DNA from: an uncultured Prochlorococcus sp.
GTDB lineage: Bacteria > Cyanobacteriota > Cyanobacteriia > PCC-6307 > Cyanobiaceae
NCBI GenBank assembly: GCA_902623195.1
Contig: CACNSV010000002.1
Location: 38,036 to 102,035 of the forward strand
Direction: 5' to 3'
Length of the DNA stretch: 64,000 nucleotides
Shown here: in pieces, positions 54,870 to 64,000 of the stretch
Numbering within the stretch: the stretch's first letter is position 1
Layout of the letters: every line of letters starts with the position of its first letter
Position numbers and translations under genes: made by a program
Notes under the pieces: model-generated
Database searches by the model: none
Told to the model about the DNA's origin: nothing
What the model saw: only the letters and a program-made list of their open reading frames with translations

Positions 54870-56555
54870 CTAAGTATTCAAATAATAAAGGGTTAAATCT
54901 TTCTTGGCTCTTGTAATTGCTGTATAAAAGAGTCTCTTTTCAAAATTATCTTTCAGAAGTATTTTTTTTTGATTATTAACTTCTATGATCTTTGTTTTAC
55001 TTAAGTTTTGATTCCATAAAATATATACACTTTCAGATTCACTCCCTTGCGATTTGTGAATTGTTAATGCTAATGCAGGTACAATATTTTCTAATTTATT
55101 TGGTGCAATTAAAGCTGCGACTTGTTTATTAAATTTATTAAATTTTCTAAATAGAAATTTTCTTAAGTTTCTCTTCCCTATTACAACACCTATATCTCCA
55201 TTTGCAATACCTAATGCATTATTATTTTCTGTACACATAATGGGCATTCCTTCGTCCCATTTTTCAAAATTATATGGTTTATTTTGATTTAGGATTAATT
55301 TATTTATATCATTAACACCCCAAATTCCAGAATTTGTTTTACATAGAATTATCTTTGAATTCAATTTCTTAAATATTTCGACTACCAAATTTTTTTCACA
55401 ATCATACAGATCTTCTATCTCTTGGTTAAAAATATAACTTTTACTACTTAAAAGCCGAACTGAATCTTTCAAATCTTTTAGGTGTAAATTGATAATATTA
55501 ACAAGATTCTCAGGAATAGATTTATTTTTATTTTTATATACCTTAATATTACTTGTAATTTTATTTTTATTAATTTGGTCAATTTTATAGTTAAAAAGAT
55601 TGTTATTTTTATGAAAAATTAATTTACTTAGTTCAACAATATCTCCACTATTTCTATAAACTTTTTCAAGATTAACAATGGATTTATCAAAAGGATTTTT
55701 CGTTAAATTTGAAAATATATAATTCCAAATTGAACTACTATTAATAGGAGGCAATTGATTCGCATCTCCAACTAAAAGTAATTTACAATCTTTAGCTAAT
55801 GAATTAAGTATTATTTCAAATAGGTCAATATTGACCATTGACATTTCATCAATAACAAACATATCTAATTCCTTCAAATCATATTTTAATTTGCCACTCT
55901 TATTAATCGAATTATAAATCCATCTATGTAGAGTTTGACATTCGATTTTATCTATTTCATCTCTATAATCAGAATTTTTTTTATAATCAAGAGATTCTTT
56001 TAATCTTGAAGAAGCCTTTCCAGTTGGTGCCGATAGTCCAATATTTATATAATTATTTTTATTTAGATAATATAAAATTATTTCTAAAATAAGAGTAGAT
56101 TTACCTGTCCCTGGTCCTCCTTGAAGAAAAACTAAGTTTGATTCTTCGAATAAATTTATAATAGTTGTTTTTTTATCGCTGCTATTTGATTCCCGTTTTG
56201 ATCGCGAATTGGTATTATTTTGATTCGTTTTTTTTAACAGAATACCTAAAATTTTTTTAATTTTTTTTGGCCACTTTTCGAATGATAATTTTCTCTTTTC
56301 AAAAATTATTGGAGAATCTTCAGAATAAATTAAACCTGACTTATCTAATGCATTAATATGTTTTTCTGGCCATTCATTCCCTTCAAATGGAAATTCTATA
56401 TTAACGTTATCTATCTCAACAAATGTTTCTCCTTTCTTCTCTGATTCTTTTAATAAATTTAGAACATCTCTTATATAGATTCCATACTGCTTCTCATCAA
56501 AATTAAAATTTTCCTTCAAAATATCATAAATATGATTGTATTTATAAACCTCCAT
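54870..56555 (-). CDS. recD: Exodeoxyribonuclease V alpha subunit RecD
   Basis: GGPGTGKS, SAPTGKAS, TLHRW, IDEMSM, GDANQLPP, NGDIG, TIHKSQGSE, YTAITRAK. Confidence 0.9.
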   Translation of the reverse strand: MEVYKYNHIYDILKENFNFDEKQYGIYIRDVLNLLKESEKKGETFVEIDNVNIEFPFEGNEWPEKHINALDKSGLIYSEDSPIIFEKRKLSFEKWPKKIKKILGILLKKTNQNNTNSRSKRESNSSDKKTTIINLFEESNLVFLQGGPGTGKSTLILEIILYYLNKNNYINIGLSAPTGKASSRLKESLDYKKNSDYRDEIDKIECQTLHRWIYNSINKSGKLKYDLKELDMFVIDEMSMVNIDLFEIILNSLAKDCKLLLVGDANQLPPINSSSIWNYIFSNLTKNPFDKSIVNLEKVYRNSGDIVELSKLIFHKNNNLFNYKIDQINKNKITSNIKVYKNKNKSIPENLVNIINLHLKDLKDSVRLLSSKSYIFNQEIEDLYDCEKNLVVEIFKKLNSKIILCKTNSGIWGVNDINKLILNQNKPYNFEKWDEGMPIMCTENNNALGIANGDIGVVIGKRNLRKFLFRKFNKFNKQVAALIAPNKLENIVPALALTIHKSQGSESESVYILWNQNLSKTKIIEVNNQKKILLKDNFEKRLFYTAITRAKKDLTLYYLNT

Positions 56556-56563
56556 AATTTAAC

Positions 56564-59500
56564 TTATAAAATAGATCCTATTTTAAATAAATTATCTAAA
56601 TAATTTATTCGCTTTAATGGAGCATTCCCAATAAATAACCCTGGAGATAGTTCATTTGAGTTGAATTTATTTTCTACTGATGTTTTTGGCAATCCTCTAA
56701 GAAAAATATAAACATAACCTCCAAGATTTTTAATTGGGTCATAATTTTTTAGTCTCCATTTTAATAATCTATGTAAAGCTAATAAATATAAATGGGATTG
56801 AAGTGGGTAATGATGCTTTATCATCTCACTTTTCATATTTTCATAATTATAATTTTGTGGAATGCATTGTGATTCATTACTACTTGAAATATAGTTACTT
56901 TTCCAGTCGATTATCCACCATTTACTATTATCTAAGTTTTCTCCAATTGGTACTACGCAATCTATAAAACCTGAATGAAAACCAGCACTATGAATTTTTA
57001 AATCTTCTATCTTTTTAGAATAATTCACTCCAAAATCATATTGTTTTTCAATACAAAAACATTTTGCTATATCCTCAGACTTTACTTCTAATCCATTTTT
57101 TGATAAGGCCAAATCATATTTTAATTCTTTTAAAATTTGTGAATTTGGTATATCAATTAATCTTTTATTTTGTAATTTATTTCCTAAACTGCATCTCGCA
57201 ACTCTTAAAATTGCGTCTTCAACTTTCTTTAAAAAAGAAACATCAATATCAAAATTTTTAAGCTCTTCACCAATTATTTTTCGCAGATTTTGCATGTCTT
57301 CATTATGAAAGTTATATCTTTCAATTACTTTATGTAAACAAGCACCTGCATTTGTCCCTTTTGGAAAACTGCTTAAGGGAGTTGCCTCTGTTAATAAGTC
57401 TGATGATTTATTTGTATTCTGATTAAGTTTGCTTTTTACTATAGATGAATTATCTTGATAATCTTTTAAATTAAAATTACTTTCATTATTGAGACTTATC
57501 CATGATGAATAACTGGTTCTTGTAAGATAATCTTTAATATAGTTATCATTGTAGATTCGTTTATTTTTATCGTAAAAACTCCATGGTGATTTATTTGTAA
57601 AATTATTGGTATATCTATTTTTAAGTTGATCTAATTGAGTTTGTTTTAAATCTATTTGTTTTTGGAAAAGATACTTTTCTTTATTAGGAAAAACTTCTAA
57701 TAGATTTTTATTTAAAGTATTATCTAAATTATCAATATTATTAAAAATTATTAGTTTAAATTTTGCTCTTGTTAAAGCTACGTATATTAACCTTTCAGAT
57801 TCATTCCCTAGATCTTTTTCTTCTCTAGATTTTAGATCTTTAACTTTATGATGACTATCCTTAATATTTATATATATTTCTCTCTCTTTATAATCTTTCC
57901 AAATTGGACCTTTCAAATAGCTAGAACTTTTTCTTATGTCCCATAAATATGGGCAAATTACTATATCGTATTCAAGCCCTTTACTGCTATGAATTGTTGA
58001 TATATTTATACCTTGATTCTGATTATAATTTTTTATAAAGTATTCTTCACCTATAAGTTTTCTTGTGTCTTTATTTAATTCATTTTGATACCAATAAAGT
58101 AAGTTATTTAAATTGTAATTATTTCTAATTAATTCATGCTCAACGATTTCAGCTAATTGAAATAAATTCATCATTAAATCATTATTCTGGATTATAAATG
58201 GAGACTTATAATCATTAATTAACTCATTTACTAAATTTATAAACCCTAATTCCTCAAGATCATTTGACCATTCCCTTAATCTTTCTGAAACTTTATCAAT
58301 CTCCTTATTATTATCAAAATCTGCAAATGCATCTACTTCTCTTTGTATGAATTTTGATGTAACTAATAACATTATATTATTTATTGAATAAGGATTAACT
58401 AAACAATTTATAAATAACTCAAGTAACTTAGAAGATTCAGTATCAAAAATATTACTCTTGTTAATTATTTTACATGGTAAATTATTCTTAAATAGAATAT
58501 CTTTAATTGTTATGCATTGGTAATTATAGAGGGTTAATATTGCAACCTTATTTATATCTATATCTTTAAAATTAGTAAGTAGATATTGTAAATAATTAAT
58601 TAGATAATCTTCTAGGCATATACTCTTTTCTGAGAACTCTATTATTTGAAAAACATCTCCACAATTCATAGTTGTTTCGTTTTTTGCATTAAGTTTTGGA
58701 TAATTTAATTTAGAGTTTAATAGTCCATCTTTATACATATAATTTATTACCCCAATTAGTTCTTTTGAAGTTCTATAATTATCAACTAAGGTATATGTTT
58801 TTTTAGAATCATTTTTTGCATTTAAATAAGTTTTTATATCCCCTCCCCTAAATTTATATATTGCTTGTTTAGGATCTCCTACACATAAAAGAAAGTGATG
58901 ATTATCATTAAATAACTTTTTTATGATAGACCATTGAATTATGTCAGTATCTTGAAATTCGTCTATCAGAATACATTTATATTTTTTCTTAATATATTTA
59001 ATACTTCTTTCATTTTGAATGTTTTTATTTAGATATTTATTTTCAATAGTTTTAATTAAATCATTGTAATTATGTATATTATTTTTATCTTTAAGTGCAA
59101 GCAATTTCAAGTAAGCTTTATTTAAAATAATTCTTATAAATTCATTAAAAAATCCATCTTTTAATTCATATATTTTATGCTGTAATTTTTTAAAATCGGA
59201 TAAATCTACATTAATATTATATTTATTAGCTTCTCTAATAATCGTCTTATCATAAAAATATTTTGAGAGTAAATCATCATTTGAAATATCAGAAATAATT
59301 TTGATTATATCTTTTTCATTTAATTCTTTGTTAATTTCAAGAATCCATTTAGATATCTTTTTAAATTTATCTCTTGGCTTTCCTGAGTAAATTCTACTTT
59401 TAAATCCCTTCTCTTCAATTAATTGTCCAAGCTTAATTAAAAATTTAAATAAGTCTTCACCTGTTCTGCTCCATTCTTCACAAAATTGATTCCAAGCTGA

Positions 59501-60190
59501 ATAAATATATTCAGTCAAGAATTTATTTGTATCTAATACATTGTTATATTTATTGTTAAATTTACAAATATTTTCATGATCAATCTCTCTTAAGAGATTA
59601 ATAAATAATTTTTTGTTAATTACATTTATTTCTTTCTTATTATATTTTGTAGATATTTTTTTATTTTCTATAGATTTTATTATTTCTCTTTCAAGTTGGG
59701 AATATTCTTCGATCCATAATTCATTAACTATAGAAATATATTGCTCATCAATCGTATTATTAAGTGTAGAACCTAAATTGGTTGATAACTCAATACTGTA
59801 ATCATCAATTATTTTTTTGCATAGTCCATGGAAAGTAGTAATTGACAAATAATTAATATTGTCTTTTACATTTTTAATATTTTTAATGATCTTATCCTTA
59901 TTAGTATTTTTTTTAATAAAATTATCACACCAATTTCTTAATGTTATATCTACATTATTTGTTTTATTAGTTATGTAATCCTCAAAACTATTAATTCTTT
60001 CATTAATTTTTAAACGAAGTTCTTTACATGTATTATTTGTAAAGCTTAATAATAAAATATTTTCAGGATTAATATTATTTTCAAATATACTTCTTATCAC
60101 TATATGAGATAGTGTAAAGCTTTTACCCGTTCCAGCACTCGCTTCTATTAATGATAATCCATCTTTTAAGTTTATATTATTAATATTCAT
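56564..60190 (-). CDS. recB: Exodeoxyribonuclease V beta subunit RecB
   Basis: EASAGTGKS, DEFQDT, GDPKQAIYKFRG, TIHSSKGLE, YVALTRA and a nuclease domain (GFID...IDWKSN). Confidence 0.92.
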   Translation of the reverse strand: MNINNINLKDGLSLIEASAGTGKSFTLSHIVIRSIFENNINPENILLLSFTNNTCKELRLKINERINSFEDYITNKTNNVDITLRNWCDNFIKKNTNKDKIIKNIKNVKDNINYLSITTFHGLCKKIIDDYSIELSTNLGSTLNNTIDEQYISIVNELWIEEYSQLEREIIKSIENKKISTKYNKKEINVINKKLFINLLREIDHENICKFNNKYNNVLDTNKFLTEYIYSAWNQFCEEWSRTGEDLFKFLIKLGQLIEEKGFKSRIYSGKPRDKFKKISKWILEINKELNEKDIIKIISDISNDDLLSKYFYDKTIIREANKYNINVDLSDFKKLQHKIYELKDGFFNEFIRIILNKAYLKLLALKDKNNIHNYNDLIKTIENKYLNKNIQNERSIKYIKKKYKCILIDEFQDTDIIQWSIIKKLFNDNHHFLLCVGDPKQAIYKFRGGDIKTYLNAKNDSKKTYTLVDNYRTSKELIGVINYMYKDGLLNSKLNYPKLNAKNETTMNCGDVFQIIEFSEKSICLEDYLINYLQYLLTNFKDIDINKVAILTLYNYQCITIKDILFKNNLPCKIINKSNIFDTESSKLLELFINCLVNPYSINNIMLLVTSKFIQREVDAFADFDNNKEIDKVSERLREWSNDLEELGFINLVNELINDYKSPFIIQNNDLMMNLFQLAEIVEHELIRNNYNLNNLLYWYQNELNKDTRKLIGEEYFIKNYNQNQGINISTIHSSKGLEYDIVICPYLWDIRKSSSYLKGPIWKDYKEREIYINIKDSHHKVKDLKSREEKDLGNESERLIYVALTRAKFKLIIFNNIDNLDNTLNKNLLEVFPNKEKYLFQKQIDLKQTQLDQLKNRYTNNFTNKSPWSFYDKNKRIYNDNYIKDYLTRTSYSSWISLNNESNFNLKDYQDNSSIVKSKLNQNTNKSSDLLTEATPLSSFPKGTNAGACLHKVIERYNFHNEDMQNLRKIIGEELKNFDIDVSFLKKVEDAILRVARCSLGNKLQNKRLIDIPNSQILKELKYDLALSKNGLEVKSEDIAKCFCIEKQYDFGVNYSKKIEDLKIHSAGFHSGFIDCVVPIGENLDNSKWWIIDWKSNYISSSNESQCIPQNYNYENMKSEMIKHHYPLQSHLYLLALHRLLKWRLKNYDPIKNLGGYVYIFLRGLPKTSVENKFNSNELSPGLFIGNAPLKRINYLDNLFKIGSIL

Positions 60191-60193
60191 AAA

Positions 60194-60667
60194 TCATATC
60201 TTTACTTCATTTTTATATGAAGTGTAATTATGAAATTTTTTTGTTAGGTATTTCTCCTCTATCTTAATCTTATTAGAAATTATAATTGTTAATAAAATGC
60301 TAAGTATTAACCTATAAACTGTAAGTGATTTTAAAAAGAAACTAAATGAAATTATTATTAATGAGTAGTACATCGGGTGTCTAAAAAGCCTATAAATCCC
60401 ACTCGTAATTAATTTACTATTTTCTTTTGGTCTTGGCATGGGTGATAACGATTTTCCAAGATCCTTTGCTGAAAATACTATGATTATTAATGCTAAGGTA
60501 ATTAAAAAGTTACTTATATAAATGATTGTCAGAAATTCACCCTGAATTAGTTTTTGGTTAAATAAATTAAATTTTATTAAATGTAATGCAATTATTATGA
60601 ATTGACTAATTACTAGTAAAAATTCCTTTTTGGAAGATTTTATTTTTTTATCAAAATTAAATCTCAT
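60194..60667 (-). CDS. Isoprenylcysteine carboxyl methyltransferase / PEMT-family membrane protein
   Basis: TM helices with LITSGIYRLFRHPMY, KIKIEEKYL and Y..Y motifs. Confidence 0.85.
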   Translation of the reverse strand: MRFNFDKKIKSSKKEFLLVISQFIIIALHLIKFNLFNQKLIQGEFLTIIYISNFLITLALIIIVFSAKDLGKSLSPMPRPKENSKLITSGIYRLFRHPMYYSLIIISFSFFLKSLTVYRLILSILLTIIISNKIKIEEKYLTKKFHNYTSYKNEVKI

Positions 60668-60668
60668 C

Positions 60669-63600
60669 TTATAAAAAAGATTCTATAAGAGGTTTATATA
60701 ATTGTATGGATAACTCTTGGAAATATTCATCATTTAAAAAGAAATTAGGATCTTTTTCGTATCCATAACATAGTTGCATCTCTGGTTTATCTCTTTCTCC
60801 TAAATTAAAATTTTTATTTCCTATCCATTCATCTATAAACGCTTTTTCATGGTTTTTATTTTTCATAAAAGAGAATATATATTTATAACTGCTTTCTGGA
60901 GGAAGTGGTAAGCAATATTCGAGTGAATTATGATAAATATTTAGGTATTGATCAATTAGTCTAATCGCATCACTTTTACATGGAGCATTTAAGATTTCTA
61001 CATTATAAATATTGTTTTTTCTATATATAATTTGAGCTTTATTTATATCTTTATCTAATGTTGATATAAAAAGTAGTTTTATCCACGTTTCTGATCTTTG
61101 TTGAAAATTAATATTTGAATGTATTAATTCAATAATTTTATTATCACATTTAAAATATTCAATTTTATTTGATTCTGACTTTTGGTATTTTCTTTGAATA
61201 TTATTTAAATCTTTAAAATTATAAATTAAACTTTGAATTAATTTATGGACTTCCAGTTCATTTATATAAATATTATTTTTGGGTGAAATAATTCCATTTG
61301 AGATGATCATTTCTTTTATCTTTAATTCATTTAATTTGGTTTTGTAGTCTGCTTCCTCAAGATCTATATCGCTTAATAAATTATTAAGTAATTTATATTT
61401 CTCATAATTACTTATTTTTTCGTCACTTGGATTATGTATAAATTTTTTCTTTGGAAAAATATTTCTTTGTCTTAACCAATATAGTTGAGGAGACTTAAAC
61501 CATTTGATTAATTCCGATAATTTATATTTTTTATTTTGAGAATCTTCATTTTTAAATTCTAATGACTTTATTAATCCTTCATTAGGATCAAGTGATTTAT
61601 TACTTATCATTTTATTTTGACTTCTATTAATCTCCATATCATTTATAAAATTATCTTGGTGATTTATATCAATTTCATTTTTTAATAAATTTATTAGTTT
61701 TCTTATTGGAGAAGAAATTTCTAATACATTATTTTCAAAATCATAATTAGACCAAGAAATAATAAATTTTTCTCTACAAGATAGTAATAATTCTAAAAAG
61801 AAGTATTTTTCTTTATCTATTAAAGAAGGATCTCCAAATATATATTCATTATTTAATATATTTATTTTATCTTTATCAATTGTTTTTGGATATATTTCTT
61901 GATTCATCCCCATCAAAAAAATTATTTTATGAGGGAGAAGTCTTGATTTCTCAATAGTACTAATTAAAACCTCATTTTTTCTTCTATCAAGATTACTTGT
62001 TTGATTATTTATATAAGTATTTAGGATCTCATGTAATACATTTAAATCGAGTATTACTTCTGAATTAACGATTCTAGATATATCTTCTAAAATTTTAAAT
62101 AAATTATTTATTTCATCATTAAATTTTTCATTTTGAATCATATCATTTTTAAAGATATTCCTAAAAATTGAAATCCAATTTCCAAAACTATTAGTGCTCC
62201 TTAAACTCTTAATTATTCTTACTATTTCATTAAGTATTAAGATCCATTTATTAATGTCAATACTTGGATTATTTGGAGAATATGCATTAATATCTGTCTT
62301 TTTTATATAAAAATCTTCTGAATAAATTTGACCTAAAGTAAATCTTTTAATACACCAATCGAGGCTATTTTTGTATTCTCCTAATCGCTCTTTCCTGCTT
62401 ATTCCCCAATGAAATCCTGAATCTATTAAATATGATAAGATCTCTTCTGTTTCAGAATTATTAAAGTTGTAAATTGACTGTAATGTATCTTCTGATAATA
62501 ATTCTCTTATCTCATTAATAGTGATTTTCTTATTTGCTATTTCTATAAATATTTTTAGAAGTTTATAAATTGGAGAGTTGTCTTTGTAATTTTGGATTGA
62601 TAAAAAATATGGAATTCTTTCATCTGAATTGAAAACAAATTTTAAGTAGGGTTTTAAACTATTAATTTGATTTGTGGCGACTAAAATATCACAATAATTT
62701 ATATCTTTATTAGAGGTACAGATACTTTTAATTTCATTTTTAATATACTCTAATTCAATTAAAATATTTTTACATCCCTTAAAAATAATCGATTCATCAT
62801 TATCCTTAATATTAATATTTTGATTATTATTATAGATTAAATTTTTTTGGATTTGATGGAGTAATGGTGATTTATGATTTTTTTTTAAGTTAATTGTCGG
62901 GTCTATAAATGGTAATTGAATATTTACTTTTATTTCTTCATTAAAAGTTGTTTCCTCTATTAATTTCTCAAAATTTGCAATAAACTTACAAAAAATTGAC
63001 TCAATACTTTCTTTTAATAAATATTGCTTTTTGTTATTGATATCTAGTGATATTGCTCCATCTTCTATATTAATTCTATCCCACAGATCATGTCCTGGAG
63101 ATAATAAATAGATATTTACATTTGTTAGCTCTGATAGTTTGGAATAAAAACTTATTTGTAATTTAGACAGATTATCTGAAGCTACTAAATATATATTTTT
63201 TGGAAGATTAATTTTTGAACAATTTTTAAGATTATTAATATCATTTATTATCTTTATCATATATATACAAATTGGCTTATTTAATTTTCTTTCTATTAAC
63301 TTAAAAAGAATAGGTTGCCAATACTGATCTTTATTTAATCCAGAAAATAAGTTTGGATTTTTTAGTTTTGTATTATGCCATTTCTCAATCATCTCTGGTC
63401 TATATAAAATATAATCAGAAAAGACTTTTGTAATTCTTATAATTAATGAATATATTTCACTATTTAATATTTTTTTATTATCAATAAATTTATTAATCCA
63501 ATTTATTAGGGGCCAAGATTCTTTGTATTCTTTCAACTCTTCAAAGGATTCTATAATACTCCATTTAATTGATTCAAAATTCCAACTTTTTAATTTTTGG

Positions 63601-63833
63601 TCTATATATATATTTTTTACAATTTCTTCGGTATATTCTGCTAATGTCTGAAATTCACATAGGGCAAAAATATCATTTTTTAATGTTATTTGATCTTTTA
63701 TCCATTTACTTAAAAAGTAGTTTTGTATCGAAATCTTAAAATTATCAGTTATAAATGGTGGATTTATTAATATTTCTTTCGCTAGTATTTCACTGATCAA
63801 TTCAATTTTGTTCGTTTTGTAAATATTTAGCAA
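60669..63833 (-). CDS. recC: Exodeoxyribonuclease V gamma subunit RecC
   Basis: 1054 aa; YKTNKIE N-terminus, FSDYILYRPE, WQPILF, SGFHWG, LMGMN, FLELLLSCRE, FGDPS; context with recB and recD. Confidence 0.88.
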   Translation of the reverse strand: MLNIYKTNKIELISEILAKEILINPPFITDNFKISIQNYFLSKWIKDQITLKNDIFALCEFQTLAEYTEEIVKNIYIDQKLKSWNFESIKWSIIESFEELKEYKESWPLINWINKFIDNKKILNSEIYSLIIRITKVFSDYILYRPEMIEKWHNTKLKNPNLFSGLNKDQYWQPILFKLIERKLNKPICIYMIKIINDINNLKNCSKINLPKNIYLVASDNLSKLQISFYSKLSELTNVNIYLLSPGHDLWDRINIEDGAISLDINNKKQYLLKESIESIFCKFIANFEKLIEETTFNEEIKVNIQLPFIDPTINLKKNHKSPLLHQIQKNLIYNNNQNINIKDNDESIIFKGCKNILIELEYIKNEIKSICTSNKDINYCDILVATNQINSLKPYLKFVFNSDERIPYFLSIQNYKDNSPIYKLLKIFIEIANKKITINEIRELLSEDTLQSIYNFNNSETEEILSYLIDSGFHWGISRKERLGEYKNSLDWCIKRFTLGQIYSEDFYIKKTDINAYSPNNPSIDINKWILILNEIVRIIKSLRSTNSFGNWISIFRNIFKNDMIQNEKFNDEINNLFKILEDISRIVNSEVILDLNVLHEILNTYINNQTSNLDRRKNEVLISTIEKSRLLPHKIIFLMGMNQEIYPKTIDKDKINILNNEYIFGDPSLIDKEKYFFLELLLSCREKFIISWSNYDFENNVLEISSPIRKLINLLKNEIDINHQDNFINDMEINRSQNKMISNKSLDPNEGLIKSLEFKNEDSQNKKYKLSELIKWFKSPQLYWLRQRNIFPKKKFIHNPSDEKISNYEKYKLLNNLLSDIDLEEADYKTKLNELKIKEMIISNGIISPKNNIYINELEVHKLIQSLIYNFKDLNNIQRKYQKSESNKIEYFKCDNKIIELIHSNINFQQRSETWIKLLFISTLDKDINKAQIIYRKNNIYNVEILNAPCKSDAIRLIDQYLNIYHNSLEYCLPLPPESSYKYIFSFMKNKNHEKAFIDEWIGNKNFNLGERDKPEMQLCYGYEKDPNFFLNDEYFQELSIQLYKPLIESFL

Positions 63834-63838
63834 CTATC

Positions 63839-64000
63839 TTAAATATCTTGTTCGTCAACAGCTAATGGATCAGATAATTCATTATTAGGCAATTCCAGTT
63901 CTCCATGAGCCACAAATTCACAACGAAGTTTCAAAAAGGTGATGAATTTTTTGTCAGTTGATATTACAGCGGCTTGAGGCGCAGGAATTTTATTATAAAG
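63839..64000 (-). CDS. ycf54: Ycf54 (Mg-protoporphyrin IX monomethyl ester cyclase accessory factor); 5' part outside the window
   Basis: Manual translation ...LYNKIPAPQAAVISTDKKFITFLKLRCEFVAHGELELPNNELSDPLAVDEQDI* matches the Ycf54 C-terminal 'ST...FI..LKLR.E.V' motif. Confidence 0.85.
   Translation of the reverse strand, partial: LYNKIPAPQAAVISTDKKFITFLKLRCEFVAHGELELPNNELSDPLAVDEQDI

Noticed and set aside
54870-63833. AT-rich helicase/nuclease cluster as a novel defence system or horizontally acquired island
   Set aside because: Motifs and sizes fit ordinary RecB, RecC and RecD in their expected core position, and there are no mobility genes. The low GC is explained by mutational drift in weakly constrained proteins.

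Overview
This is a gene-dense, very AT-rich stretch of core chromosome from a marine picocyanobacterium. Gene content and order (hom-sufE-ruvC-chlI ... petG-hisH-trxA-Yfr1-guaB-gyrA-crtL ... opcA-zwf-petH-tRNA-Glu-sasA ... clpC-lysA-cdaA-uppS-bioB ... deaD-recD-recB-recC-ycf54) match what I recall for high-light Prochlorococcus. I see no prophage, integrase, IS, CRISPR array or defence island, and no convincing new multi-gene system. Reading the sequence directly added features missing from the ORF track: petG, tRNA-Glu(TTC), the Yfr1 sRNA, two edge-truncated CDSs and a DUF2993/LmeA-like pseudogene with three disruptions. The most notable points are: (i) cytochrome cM appears absent from its usual slot between the TrmJ-like gene and petG, a loss associated with iron-depleted-ocean HLIII/HLIV clades; (ii) the FNR (petH) has an N-terminal hydrophobic anchor, a 30-bp tandem-repeat linker and a possible internal start; (iii) a CpcS/CpeS-lyase-like protein sits divergent from sasA; (iv) a c-di-AMP cyclase and a PgpH-like phosphodiesterase both show non-canonical features; (v) a hairpin abuts the deaD start codon. 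Family assignments come from motif recognition and recalled synteny, not database searches.
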